A stretch of DNA of 64,000 nucleotides from Alistipes sp. (lineage in GTDB: Bacteria > Bacteroidota > Bacteroidia > Bacteroidales > Rikenellaceae), in assembly GCA_017481925.1 (NCBI GenBank), contig JAFUOK010000051.1, forward strand, positions 15,311-79,310, written 5' to 3'. The notes beneath the pieces are model-generated. The model saw only the letters and a program-made list of their open reading frames with translations, was not told the origin of the DNA and searched no databases. A program made the position numbers and the translations under genes. Below are positions 1-9,988 of the stretch, piece after piece. Each line of letters begins with the position of its first letter. Position 1 is the first letter of the stretch.

Positions 1-23
1 CTTTTATTTTGTCGTATCTGAAC

Positions 24-473
24 TTACAAAGCTACCTTGAAGATACACTTCTTAACGTGACCCTCGCCGAGCATCGGGGCGTGACCATCCTCAGGGAAGA
101 GAATCGAGAACTGACCCTCGGCAACAGAGTAGAAGCACTGCGGGATGTCGGTGAAGAGCTGAATATCCTTAGCCTCGTCGAACTCGGTCTCGGGGGTAAG
201 GCAATCCTTCTTCTCGCTCCAGCCGAATACCTCAGCAGGACCTGCGAGCAAGAGCTGAATGTCGATATACTTACGATGCAACTCCAGACGAGCCTGCGAT
301 ACCTCACGCAGATCCAGCTCCTGAACGCTTACGAAGATGTTGTCGCCATCGATATCGTGACGGCCACAGGGCAACGCTGCTACGTCGTTATTGTCGATAA
401 AATCAAATACCTGCTTAAAGCGAGGGTGAAGCGACGCATACTGCGCCTTGTTTTTCAATGAATCAAGAATCAT
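24..473 (-). CDS. YhcH/YjgK/YiaL (DUF386, NanQ-like) family protein
   Basis: 149 aa; MILDSL start, ELHRKYIDIQ and FPEDGHAP motifs typical of the family. Confidence 0.85.
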   Translation of the reverse strand: MILDSLKNKAQYASLHPRFKQVFDFIDNNDVAALPCGRHDIDGDNIFVSVQELDLREVSQARLELHRKYIDIQLLLAGPAEVFGWSEKKDCLTPETEFDEAKDIQLFTDIPQCFYSVAEGQFSILFPEDGHAPMLGEGHVKKCIFKVAL

Positions 474-484
474 AGCTATTTGGG

Positions 485-1789
485 TTAATTGGTTTTTCCA
501 TTATACAACAAACGTGCAAATACGGGATAGTGGTCCGAGTAACGCACACCGTTATCTATCCTCTCGCCAAGCGAGTCTCGCACTATCTGCTCTTGCGCCT
601 GAAGAGCCTGCTCCAGGGTGGGCATAGCCATCTGGTTGCCATACGAACGGCGCCATACCGTGTCGCGCTGACCTGCTCGGCGTACCGTAGTCTGCTCCAG
701 CGTCCACGAATCTATAACCTCATACGACAGGGGTTCAAACTCCTCGCCAGCCAGGATATAGTCGATACGCAACATATCGAAGAATCCGCGATACGTATGC
801 GAATATCCACGCCCTGCCCAACGGAAGGCATCGCGCATAGGACGTGCCACCGTGCGATAGGTATAGGATATGGGAGTGTCGTTGAAATCGCCACAGACAA
901 TGGCAGGATATGGCGACGAGGCCACCATCAGTGCCAACGTGTCAGCCTGCGCAGCTCGCAGCGCATTATTCTCGGCCAGACGCGTGATGATACTGCGCAC
1001 CTTGCCAAGGCTATCATCCAGATAGGCGTGACGCTCGATATACTCGCTGTCGTCACGACGAATAGCCGTCGAGTGAAGATGCGAGTTGTAGATACGGAGT
1101 GTATCCTCCTGCGTGCCTCGCTTTACCACAACATCTGCCCATACAAACTCCTTCAATGAGTCCACACGTCCTGCCCTAATAATCGGATAGCGGCTATATA
1201 TTGCGGGGCTTAACTCCGTGCGCGAGAGCGAACGGGGCATAGGATGAAGCGGCGAGAGCAGAGAGTCGGCAATATCGCTAAAGCCCATCTCCTGAAGGCA
1301 CAGAATATCGGGGTTCAATGCCTTGATCATCGACACCACAGAGTCGATGCAACGCTCTCCGTTGTCGCCTATGAAACTACGCACATTATACGACATCACC
1401 TTCAGCGCACGGCTGTCGTAGCGCGGACGCAGATTCGGCTCGGTATATACACGGCGCAACTCCAGCTTGTAGAACAGCGACACCGAGAATACTCCACACA
1501 GCGACACAATGACCATCAACGTAGCCACAGCAACACGCCAGCGTACGATCCAATAGAGCGTCAAAAGAGCCTGCGCAGCATAGACAAACGGAGCGATAAG
1601 GCCCAACGTCGAGAGCGTACTCCACTCACGCGGGTCGAGCGTCGGCACGAATAACGTAGCGATGAACAGCGCCACCACGCACAGCGTAACCACTCCCATC
1701 ACAATATCAAGGAGCAGCCCCGATGCCGAACGCTGATTCCTACGCCGTCCGCTGGGCGAGGAGTATGATCTACCGTAATAGTCTGCCAT
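485..1789 (-). CDS. Membrane-anchored endonuclease/exonuclease/phosphatase (EEP) family protein
   Basis: N-terminal TM helices, then MSYNV, DILCLQE, CGDFND, RIDYI, SDHYPV motifs. Confidence 0.88.
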   Translation of the reverse strand: MADYYGRSYSSPSGRRRNQRSASGLLLDIVMGVVTLCVVALFIATLFVPTLDPREWSTLSTLGLIAPFVYAAQALLTLYWIVRWRVAVATLMVIVSLCGVFSVSLFYKLELRRVYTEPNLRPRYDSRALKVMSYNVRSFIGDNGERCIDSVVSMIKALNPDILCLQEMGFSDIADSLLSPLHPMPRSLSRTELSPAIYSRYPIIRAGRVDSLKEFVWADVVVKRGTQEDTLRIYNSHLHSTAIRRDDSEYIERHAYLDDSLGKVRSIITRLAENNALRAAQADTLALMVASSPYPAIVCGDFNDTPISYTYRTVARPMRDAFRWAGRGYSHTYRGFFDMLRIDYILAGEEFEPLSYEVIDSWTLEQTTVRRAGQRDTVWRRSYGNQMAMPTLEQALQAQEQIVRDSLGERIDNGVRYSDHYPVFARLLYNGKTN

Positions 1790-1792
1790 CTG

Positions 1793-2449
1793 TTAGAAGA
1801 ATATCTTACGCTGTTTACGCCACCAATAGAGCAGACCCAGTCCCCAAAGCATACCGCCCAGGTGAGCAAAGTGAGCCACACCCGACTGATAACCCGACAG
1901 ACCGAAGAAGAGTTCCAGCAATCCATATATCAACACAAACCACTTCGCCTTAAGCGCAATGGGAGGGAAGATAAGCATAATAACATTGTTGGGATGCAAC
2001 ACACCAAAAGCCAGCAGCAGACCAAACACCGCACCCGATGCGCCCACGGTAGGCACATACAACAAATGCATAGCTGACTGCATACCACCAGCTGCTACGG
2101 CGTGCTGATACTCGGCATAGCCCACGCCCATCTGCAGAAGGGCTGCACCGACACCACAGACCATATAGTAGGTGAAGAAACGTTGCGACCCCAGCTCATA
2201 CTCCAACTGACGGCCGAACATCCACAGTGCAAACATATTAAAGAACAGATGCGATATGCCCCCATGCAGGAACATATATGTGAAGATCTGATAACTGTGG
2301 AAGAATGGGCTCTCGATGTTAAACAGAGCAAAGCGGGCAAGCAACTCATCGCCAAAGGGTAAGAGCGTAGTAGCCAGCAGTGCGACACAGTTGGCTATGA
2401 TAATATTTTTTACCACCGGCGGGGTGGATGGTTGTCTATAAGCGTACAT
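1793..2449 (-). CDS. Rhomboid intramembrane serine protease
   Basis: HLFFNM, GASG catalytic Ser, AHLGG catalytic His. Confidence 0.93.
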   Translation of the reverse strand: MYAYRQPSTPPVVKNIIIANCVALLATTLLPFGDELLARFALFNIESPFFHSYQIFTYMFLHGGISHLFFNMFALWMFGRQLEYELGSQRFFTYYMVCGVGAALLQMGVGYAEYQHAVAAGGMQSAMHLLYVPTVGASGAVFGLLLAFGVLHPNNVIMLIFPPIALKAKWFVLIYGLLELFFGLSGYQSGVAHFAHLGGMLWGLGLLYWWRKQRKIFF

Positions 2450-2473
2450 AACTTTAGTGCCGACAGTCGGCTG

Positions 2474-4510
2474 TTAATTTAATTTTGACTTTAACTCCTC
2501 GAGAGTAATCTCTGCCATGATGCTACGTCCCGAGGGGGTAAAGCTATAATTCTCACATTTACACAGACGATCGAGCATATCCTGTGCCTCGGCCGCTGTA
2601 ATATTACCTGGGATGCGCGCTGCACGCGAAGCCATAACACGAGCCATATCGCTACGCATACGCTCCACAGCATCACCGCTGAGCTGCACATCGTGCAACA
2701 GATCGTAGAGCAACGTATCGGCCTGCTCACCGACAACGCTCGACGGCACTCCCTGCAACTCGACACGGCCATCTCCCTGCAACGTCATATCAAAGCCCAG
2801 AGCGGCAAACTCCACCTCGTGCTCCGACAGAAGTTGATAATCATCCTCCGCAAGAGTCAACACCTCGGGGAAGAGCAGTCGTTGCGAAGCCATACTGCCC
2901 GCACTGAGCATTGCAATATAATCGTCATACAACAATCGCTCCTTCACGCGCTTAAGATCCACCACCATAGTGCGACCCGCGCTCATAGCAATGGCATAAC
3001 CACCCTTGAGAGGCACAACCGACGAAAACTCCAACGCCGTCTCATACTCAATCTGCGACTGCATCGCCGACGGAATAAACTCCAGACGGCTCTCCGTCAT
3101 CGTATCATCGAGCACAATCTCCGAAGCCTCAGGCTCGATAAACGAGGACTCAATCTCCTGATACTCCTCCTTGGTCTGCTCGCTCGGTGTTACGGGTGTA
3201 GCCGAGAGTGAAAAAGCGCTGTCCGACATAATCTCGCTCCACGACACATCACGCAGACTGTCGCGCTTGGCTGCCGACTGCTGCCGAGAGGCGAGCGTAA
3301 CAACAGGTTTTACCGCACTGCGATGAGCCAACTCAAACGGATCATCAAACGCACCTTCAACCTCAGTTGAATTCTCCTCCACGCTGATATAATCATCGCG
3401 GAAGGGGTTATAGTCCTTGAGCGAGGTGCTCTTGGGCTCGGCGTATATTGCAGGCGACGAGGATCCCAGCACGGGAATATCTATGGCCACATTATTATCG
3501 AAGTCCATCATTGCCACACTACCACTCTTGGCCAGCGTACTACGAACGGCTGCCGTAACAATCTGGTTCACCTCGTCGGCATCGGCAAAATGCACTTCGG
3601 TCTTATGCGGTGACACGTTCACATCCACACGCTCTGGGTCGAGCGTAAGATAGAGGAAATACGATGGTGCATCCTTCTCCGGTATCAACTTCTCGTAGGC
3701 CTTCATAATGGCACGATAGAGACGTGGCGAGTTGAAGTAACGGCCATTTACGAATAGGTACTGCTCCGTATTCTTCTGCTTCGCCGCCGAAGGACGACCC
3801 ACATATCCCTGCACCTTGACAATGGTGGTATCCACATCCACCTCCAGCAGGTTGTTCTTGATATGACGCCCCACAACACCAATGATACGCTCCATCAACG
3901 ACCCTGCCTCAAGCGTGATGATGGGCATATCGTTTGACATCAGGCAGAATCGAATCTGCGGATTGCACAGAGCCACCTGACGGAACACACGTTTGATGGC
4001 ATTGACCATCTTGGTGCGATCGCTATTGAACTTACGACGTGCCGGAGCCGTATAGAAGAGATTGCGCACCAGAAACTGCGAACCCACGGGGCACATCGTA
4101 GGAGTCTGCGAAATGAACTCGCCTCCATTGACTATGGTCACCGAGCCGATCTCATCCTCTGCCTGACGTGTGCGAAGTTCCACCTGTGCCACGGCAGCGA
4201 TAGATGCCAACGCCTCACCACGGAAGCCGAAAGTCTGCAGACGATAGACATCCTCGAAGGTCTCAATCTTACTCGTTGCGTGACGATCGAAGGCCATACG
4301 GGCATCCATAGGCGACATACCGCAACCATTATCCACGATCTGGATAAGTTCCAAACCCGCATTACGGAAGTTCACTGTAATAGACGACGCGCCCGCGTCG
4401 ATGGAGTTCTCCATCATCTCCTTTATGGCAGATGCTGGATTATCCACGACCTCGCCAGCCGCAATCTGGTTGGCAACAATCTCGGGTAGCAATCGTATTT
4501 TGTTCTCCAT
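2474..4510 (-). CDS. mutL: DNA mismatch repair protein MutL
   Basis: NQIAAGEVV, KEMMENSIDAG, RHATSKI, GFRGEALASI. Confidence 0.97.
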   Translation of the reverse strand: MENKIRLLPEIVANQIAAGEVVDNPASAIKEMMENSIDAGASSITVNFRNAGLELIQIVDNGCGMSPMDARMAFDRHATSKIETFEDVYRLQTFGFRGEALASIAAVAQVELRTRQAEDEIGSVTIVNGGEFISQTPTMCPVGSQFLVRNLFYTAPARRKFNSDRTKMVNAIKRVFRQVALCNPQIRFCLMSNDMPIITLEAGSLMERIIGVVGRHIKNNLLEVDVDTTIVKVQGYVGRPSAAKQKNTEQYLFVNGRYFNSPRLYRAIMKAYEKLIPEKDAPSYFLYLTLDPERVDVNVSPHKTEVHFADADEVNQIVTAAVRSTLAKSGSVAMMDFDNNVAIDIPVLGSSSPAIYAEPKSTSLKDYNPFRDDYISVEENSTEVEGAFDDPFELAHRSAVKPVVTLASRQQSAAKRDSLRDVSWSEIMSDSAFSLSATPVTPSEQTKEEYQEIESSFIEPEASEIVLDDTMTESRLEFIPSAMQSQIEYETALEFSSVVPLKGGYAIAMSAGRTMVVDLKRVKERLLYDDYIAMLSAGSMASQRLLFPEVLTLAEDDYQLLSEHEVEFAALGFDMTLQGDGRVELQGVPSSVVGEQADTLLYDLLHDVQLSGDAVERMRSDMARVMASRAARIPGNITAAEAQDMLDRLCKCENYSFTPSGRSIMAEITLEELKSKLN

Positions 4511-4529
4511 TTAGGGTTTGGGGGATGTT

Positions 4530-4991
4530 TTACTCAAACTCTATATCCGTAATCTCCAACTCATCGCCCTCCTGATAGTCATTAGGCACGATGATAATAG
4601 GTGCGTATGGATCAAACTCCTTATACTCATTCAGCCCACGCTCCAACTGCTTGGCCGCAGCAGAAGAGGAGGTTGCCATCTCGAAGATAGCACCAATGCG
4701 AGGCACCAGGATATAGATAAATATCGCTATAAGAATCAATCCCACGCCCATCGTCCACATCTTCATGCGCTTGTCGGCACGCTGCTCCTTCTGCTCCTGC
4801 ATACGGCGCAACTCACGAGCCTCACGCTTGGCCTGAATATACTTTCCAGGCTTGTACTCCCCCTCATCATCCATACGTTCGCCACGCAACTCGGCACGAC
4901 GCAACTCACGCTCCTCCTTGGCAGGGTCGTAGTAACGAGGGATGTAATTAAACTTGTTAGCGTGACGCTTGTGCGGTGAGAAAAATCCCAT
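4530..4991 (-). CDS. Conserved hypothetical membrane protein
   Basis: 153 aa; FNYIPRYYDP motif and one TM helix; co-oriented between dnaJ and mutL. Confidence 0.7.
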   Translation of the reverse strand: MGFFSPHKRHANKFNYIPRYYDPAKEERELRRAELRGERMDDEGEYKPGKYIQAKREARELRRMQEQKEQRADKRMKMWTMGVGLILIAIFIYILVPRIGAIFEMATSSSAAAKQLERGLNEYKEFDPYAPIIIVPNDYQEGDELEITDIEFE

Positions 4992-5072
4992 AACTCTTAT
5001 TATTTAAAGTTTATATTATCCAATGCCCTTTGCGCTGACCCTGATAACCAAAGGCCGCACTAAAGAGGTTAA

Positions 5073-6227
5073 TTATCTAAAAAAATTCTTCATCCTTTCG
5101 AAGATATTCTGCTCCTCGACACTCTCGGCCTTCTTGAAGTGAGGCTGCTCCGAGAGTTTCTCCACCAGTTTGCGCTCCTCGGAAGTAAGTGACGACGGAA
5201 TGGTGATATCGACAACGATGAGAATATCGCCTCGACCATAGCCATTCACATCGGGCAGACCCTTGCCACGCAGGCGCAACACCTTGCCGGCATGCGTACC
5301 TGCCGAAATCTTGATTTTGGCCTTACCGTCAATGGTGGGCACCTCCACCTCGCCACCCAAAATACAAGTGGTAATGGGAAGGTTGAGATTGTGAATCAAG
5401 TCGTTGCCATCACGCACCAACTCGGGGTTACGCTCCTCGTCAATCATCACCAGCAGGTCGCCGTTAATACCACCACGGCGGGCAGCATTACCCTTGCCCT
5501 GAACCGTTACGGCCATACCTTCGCCAACACCTGCGGGAATCTTGATCTCAACAACCTCGTCACCACGCACTACGCCCTCGCCCGAACACTTGTCGCACTT
5601 TGCTGTGATGGTCTTACCCTCACCACCACACGTGGGACATACGCTCTGCGTCTGCATACGACCAAAGAAGGTATTCTCCACACGGTTTACTACTCCCGTA
5701 CCGTTACACGTCGAGCAGGTAGCATACGATGAAGAGTCCTTGGCACCCGTTCCGCCACACTTATCGCACGCTATGGTCTTGCTGATCTTGAGTTTCTTGG
5801 TGGTGCCGTTGGCAATCTCCGACAGCGTAAGTTTAACCTTCACACGAATATCCGAGCCACGATTTACTCTGCGACCGCCACCACCACGTGACGAGAAGCC
5901 ACCAAAGTGACCTCCAAATATATCGCCGAACTGCGAGAAGATATCCTCCATAGAGAAGCCACCGCCAAAGCCGCCACCGAAACCGCCACCTGCGGCACCG
6001 CTCATACCGGCGTGACCAAACTGATCGTAGCGTGCACGCTTCTCCTGATTAGACAAGACGTCGTACGCCTCGGCTGCCTCCTTGAACTTCTCCTCGGCCT
6101 CCTTATCACCCGGATTCTTGTCAGGGTGATACTTTATGGCCGCCTTACGGTAGGCCTTCTTTATCTCATCGGCATTGGCGTTACGCTCAACGCCCAACAC
6201 CTCGTAATAATCCCTTTTCTCTGCCAT
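5073..6227 (-). CDS. dnaJ: Chaperone DnaJ
   Basis: J domain with HPD, G/F-rich region, four CxxCxGxG repeats. Confidence 0.98.
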   Translation of the reverse strand: MAEKRDYYEVLGVERNANADEIKKAYRKAAIKYHPDKNPGDKEAEEKFKEAAEAYDVLSNQEKRARYDQFGHAGMSGAAGGGFGGGFGGGFSMEDIFSQFGDIFGGHFGGFSSRGGGGRRVNRGSDIRVKVKLTLSEIANGTTKKLKISKTIACDKCGGTGAKDSSSYATCSTCNGTGVVNRVENTFFGRMQTQSVCPTCGGEGKTITAKCDKCSGEGVVRGDEVVEIKIPAGVGEGMAVTVQGKGNAARRGGINGDLLVMIDEERNPELVRDGNDLIHNLNLPITTCILGGEVEVPTIDGKAKIKISAGTHAGKVLRLRGKGLPDVNGYGRGDILIVVDITIPSSLTSEERKLVEKLSEQPHFKKAESVEEQNIFERMKNFFR

Positions 6228-6248
6228 AGTTTTCTATCTATAACACGC

Positions 6249-6878
6249 TTATTCTCCTACAACAACCTTTGCATAACGCAAAACCTTATCGCCCAGCATA
6301 TAACCACGCTGCACGACATCGATGACCTTACCCTTCTTATCCTCGCCTGCAGCAAAGCGCGCCACAGCCTCGTGGAAGTCGGGGTCAAACTCCTTATCCT
6401 GTGCCTCGATCTCCGAAACATTCTTCTGGCGCAGAGCCTCCTCGAACTTCTGCAACACCAGACGCTCGCCCTCGCGCAGAGCCATAATATCTTCACTCTT
6501 CTCTGATGCGGCTACGGCACGATGCATATCGTCCAGAACCGAGAGTATAGATTTAATTACATCCTGTCCACCGCTGGCTACAAGATCCATCTTCTCGCGC
6601 AGGGTGCGCTTACGATAGTTGTCAAACTCGGCCTGCAGGCGCATATATTTATCTCGCCATACGGCGATAACCTCCTCGGGCGTGGGCTCTGCCTGCTGCG
6701 ACGCAGTCTCCTCGCCACCCTCTGCCATTGTGTCAGTGGTGGCATCAGTCTCGTCTGCCATATTGTCGCAGGGAGTGCCTTCGCATGATGAAGAACCCTC
6801 TGCTTCATTAAAGCCCTCCTGATCCATAACGTCCTGATCCATAACTTTCTTGTCTGTCATATCTGTCTGTTTTATCAT
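6249..6878 (-). CDS. grpE: Nucleotide exchange factor GrpE (start could be a downstream Met, e.g. 6860)
   Basis: RLQAEFDNYRKR, FDPDFHEAV, GYMLGDKVLRYAKVVV. Confidence 0.96.
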   Translation of the reverse strand: MIKQTDMTDKKVMDQDVMDQEGFNEAEGSSSCEGTPCDNMADETDATTDTMAEGGEETASQQAEPTPEEVIAVWRDKYMRLQAEFDNYRKRTLREKMDLVASGGQDVIKSILSVLDDMHRAVAASEKSEDIMALREGERLVLQKFEEALRQKNVSEIEAQDKEFDPDFHEAVARFAAGEDKKGKVIDVVQRGYMLGDKVLRYAKVVVGE

Positions 6879-6916
6879 TATTTTCTATATATGTGGCGCA
6901 AATTGTATGCCCAACC

Positions 6917-7633
6917 CTAACCTATAATAAATATAGTGGGTCGTTTGGCAATATCGGGCACACCTTCAGCGCGCCAAGCCTTAATCGAGAGTGTACGAAT
7001 CAACTCCTCGGGCGAGGTTATATCGCACGCAACCGTCAAAAGAGTATCCGGCGAGCAGACCTGCAACATCTGCTCCATAAGTTTTTCGTTGCGGTACGGT
7101 GCCTCGATAAATATCTGCGACTGATGCTCTGCGTGAGCTCGGCGCTCCAACGCCTTCAGCGCCTTGCTGCGCTCGGGCGGTTTCACGGGCAGGTAACCAT
7201 TAAAGGCGAAGGACTGACCATTGAGTCCCGACGCCATCATAGCCAATAGGATTGACGAGGGGCCCACCAAGGGCACCACACGGATACCTCGGCGATGACA
7301 CGCCTCAACAACCAACGCTCCGGGATCGGCGACACCCGGCACTCCCGCCTCCGAGATAACGCCTGCCGAGCGACCCTGTTCGATAGGACGCACCATAGCC
7401 TCGATGGCGGCACCTGCTACGGTATGTTCGTTGAGTTCTACGAACTCCAACTCGTCAATCTTGCGAGCAATACCTGCCTTCGAGAGGAAGCGACGTGCCG
7501 AACGGACATTCTCGACAATGAAGTAGTCGAGCGAGTCGATCACCCCACGATTTGCCTCCGGCACCACGTCATACACCGCAGTAGAGTCCGAAATCGGACA
7601 CGGAATCATATATAATACACCCTTCTCGGCCAT
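6917..7633 (-). CDS. RsmI-like SAM-dependent (tetrapyrrole methylase family) methyltransferase
   Basis: ISEAGVPGVADPG, PLVGPSS, FIEAPYRN. Confidence 0.85.
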   Translation of the reverse strand: MAEKGVLYMIPCPISDSTAVYDVVPEANRGVIDSLDYFIVENVRSARRFLSKAGIARKIDELEFVELNEHTVAGAAIEAMVRPIEQGRSAGVISEAGVPGVADPGALVVEACHRRGIRVVPLVGPSSILLAMMASGLNGQSFAFNGYLPVKPPERSKALKALERRAHAEHQSQIFIEAPYRNEKLMEQMLQVCSPDTLLTVACDITSPEELIRTLSIKAWRAEGVPDIAKRPTIFIIG

Positions 7634-9984
7634 TATTCTCTTACGTATATTCTCTTTACTCGGGCTGCAATGGAGGTCATAATCTCATACGAGATAGTGC
7701 CTAGCACCGCGGCCATATCCTCTAATGTGTTTCCACGCACAGGCGAGAAGATCACCACCTCATCACCCTCCTTGACGCCCTCAATATCGGTAACGTCAAT
7801 CATACAACTATCCATACAGATACGCCCCACGGTAGGTGCTGCGTGCCCTGCCACAAGCATTGACCAACGACCTCCGCCCAGGTGGCGATCCACGCCATCG
7901 GCATAACCCACGGGGATAGTTGCGATTACGCTATCACGCTCCAGACGTTGACTGCGGCCATAGCCTATCGGCTCGCCCGAGGAGCGACGACGCAACTGCA
8001 CGATACGGGTTTTGAGTGTGGCAACGGGTTGCAGTTCATCATTATGCTCATAGCCATAGCCATACAGGCCCAAGCCCAAACGGCACATATCAAATGTAGC
8101 CTCGGGGAACCGCTCTATGGCGGCAGAGTTGGCCGTGTGGCGAATAACATCGTATGGCAAAGCCTCTGCAATACGACCGCTCAACGTATCGAACAAAGCA
8201 ATCTGCCCACGTGTAAAATCATCCTGCGCAGGATCATCGGCACACGACAGATGAGCAAATATGCTTGCCACACGAACGGCACGGTTTTGCTTTATGCGCT
8301 CAATCAGTTCCTCCACCTCGTCCTCGACAAAGCCTAAACGGTGCATACCCGTATCCAGTTTTATATGAATGGGATAGGCCTGCGCTCCATAGCGCTCGAC
8401 GCTACGCGAAAAATCCTCCAGCGAGTGGAAACTATATATCTCCGGCTCAAGCGAATGAGCCACCATCTTATCAAAACTACCGGCATCTGCATTAAGCACC
8501 ACGATAGGCATCGTGATCCCCTTCTCACGCAACACAATACCCTCATCGGCAAATGCCACGGCGAGATAACTTACGCCCAGGCGTTGCATCAACTGCGCCA
8601 CCTCGACATCGCCCGCACCATAACTATGCGCCTTGACCATAGCCACCAGGCGGTGGTTCATCGGCAGGAAACGACGGAAGTAACCAACATTATGGGTCAT
8701 AGCATCGAGGTTCACCTCCAACGTGGTGGTGTGGCTGCGACGCTCCAACTGATGACACAGCGTCTCAAAGCGCGAACGACGGTTACCCTTGAGCAGAATC
8801 GTACGACCCTCAATATCTTCGTGCGTGAGTGCTCGCATCAGATCATCGGTCGTAGAATAGAAACGGCTCTCGCACTTGAATTTTTCACTATGAGCCTTGA
8901 TACGCTCACCTACGCCAATAAACAGATCCACCTCGGCACGCTGGACAAGATATGCCACGCGCTCATACAACTCCTCATCGGCCATGCCACTCTGCAAGAT
9001 GTCGGACACAACAGCAAGCGTACGGCCACCAAGTGCTACCGAACGCAACATGTCGAGTGCAAGTGCCAAAGAGTTTATATCGGAATTATACGAATCGTTA
9101 ATAATCGTTGAGCCATAGACGCCCTCCTTAACCTCCTGGCGCATAGCAACATCAAAGCCATCGGGCAGAGTACACTCACGTCCCAGCTCATGACACAGAG
9201 CCTTTACCAACTGACGATTAGTGCGCTTCACCTCATTGAGCAGGGGCTGATTTTCAACCTCCTCCAACGCCGCATCGACAAATGGCAACTGCATCTGAGC
9301 AAGCACCTTCGACACCTCCGCGTAATCCGAATGAAAAATCACGCGACGAGCATGACGTGCTAAAATGAGTTTTTCTTTTACCTTCTGCTCAACACTTTCG
9401 AAGTTGGCCTGATGAGCATCGCCTATCGAGGTCATAACGACCACATCGGGACGAATCATACGCTCCAGGCGCTCCATCTCGCCCACTTCGGAGATGCCAG
9501 CCTCAATGAGAGCCACATCCTCGTCACCCTCAATCATCAGCAGCGACAGAGCAACACCCAACTGCGAATTATAACTCATCGGCGAGGCGACAAGTCTTGT
9601 TCCCGCAGGCAGGGCGCGAGCGGTCAACTCCTTGACGATGGTCTTGCCATTAGAGCCTGTAATACCTACTACCGTACCACGGAACGAAGCTCTATGTGCT
9701 GCCGCCAGACGTTGCAACGCCTCCAGGGCATTATCCACGCATACATAGCCAGCATCCTCGGCAACGATGCCCTGACGCTCGACCATAAAGGCTCTCACGC
9801 CCGAGCGATACATCGCATCGATATAGTCATGCGAATCGTGGTTCTTGCCACGCATGGCTACAAACATTGCCCCTGCACCAAAGGCATAGCGACGTGAGTC
9901 GGTGACAACATCACCCACCCAGCAATCCTTGCCACGTAGCTCACCGCCACACATGCGTGCTATGTCCGACAATAGGTATCTCAT
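7633..9984 (-). CDS. alr: Bifunctional MurF-like ligase / alanine racemase
   Basis: Mur ligase GITGSNGKT and INDSYNSD; racemase AMVKAHSYG, HIKLDTGMHRLG, GYADG, GRICMD. Confidence 0.93.
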   Translation of the reverse strand: MRYLLSDIARMCGGELRGKDCWVGDVVTDSRRYAFGAGAMFVAMRGKNHDSHDYIDAMYRSGVRAFMVERQGIVAEDAGYVCVDNALEALQRLAAAHRASFRGTVVGITGSNGKTIVKELTARALPAGTRLVASPMSYNSQLGVALSLLMIEGDEDVALIEAGISEVGEMERLERMIRPDVVVMTSIGDAHQANFESVEQKVKEKLILARHARRVIFHSDYAEVSKVLAQMQLPFVDAALEEVENQPLLNEVKRTNRQLVKALCHELGRECTLPDGFDVAMRQEVKEGVYGSTIINDSYNSDINSLALALDMLRSVALGGRTLAVVSDILQSGMADEELYERVAYLVQRAEVDLFIGVGERIKAHSEKFKCESRFYSTTDDLMRALTHEDIEGRTILLKGNRRSRFETLCHQLERRSHTTTLEVNLDAMTHNVGYFRRFLPMNHRLVAMVKAHSYGAGDVEVAQLMQRLGVSYLAVAFADEGIVLREKGITMPIVVLNADAGSFDKMVAHSLEPEIYSFHSLEDFSRSVERYGAQAYPIHIKLDTGMHRLGFVEDEVEELIERIKQNRAVRVASIFAHLSCADDPAQDDFTRGQIALFDTLSGRIAEALPYDVIRHTANSAAIERFPEATFDMCRLGLGLYGYGYEHNDELQPVATLKTRIVQLRRRSSGEPIGYGRSQRLERDSVIATIPVGYADGVDRHLGGGRWSMLVAGHAAPTVGRICMDSCMIDVTDIEGVKEGDEVVIFSPVRGNTLEDMAAVLGTISYEIMTSIAARVKRIYVRE

Positions 9985-9988
9985 CTAT

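Noticed and set aside
6817-6845. 15-bp tandem duplication in grpE, and QQGGYSQP repeats in the ssb linker
   Set aside because: In-frame repeats in disordered regions.
5073-6878. grpE-dnaJ without dnaK
   Set aside because: Usual arrangement in Bacteroidota.
7633-9984. MurF-Alr fusion
   Set aside because: Well-known Bacteroidota fusion.
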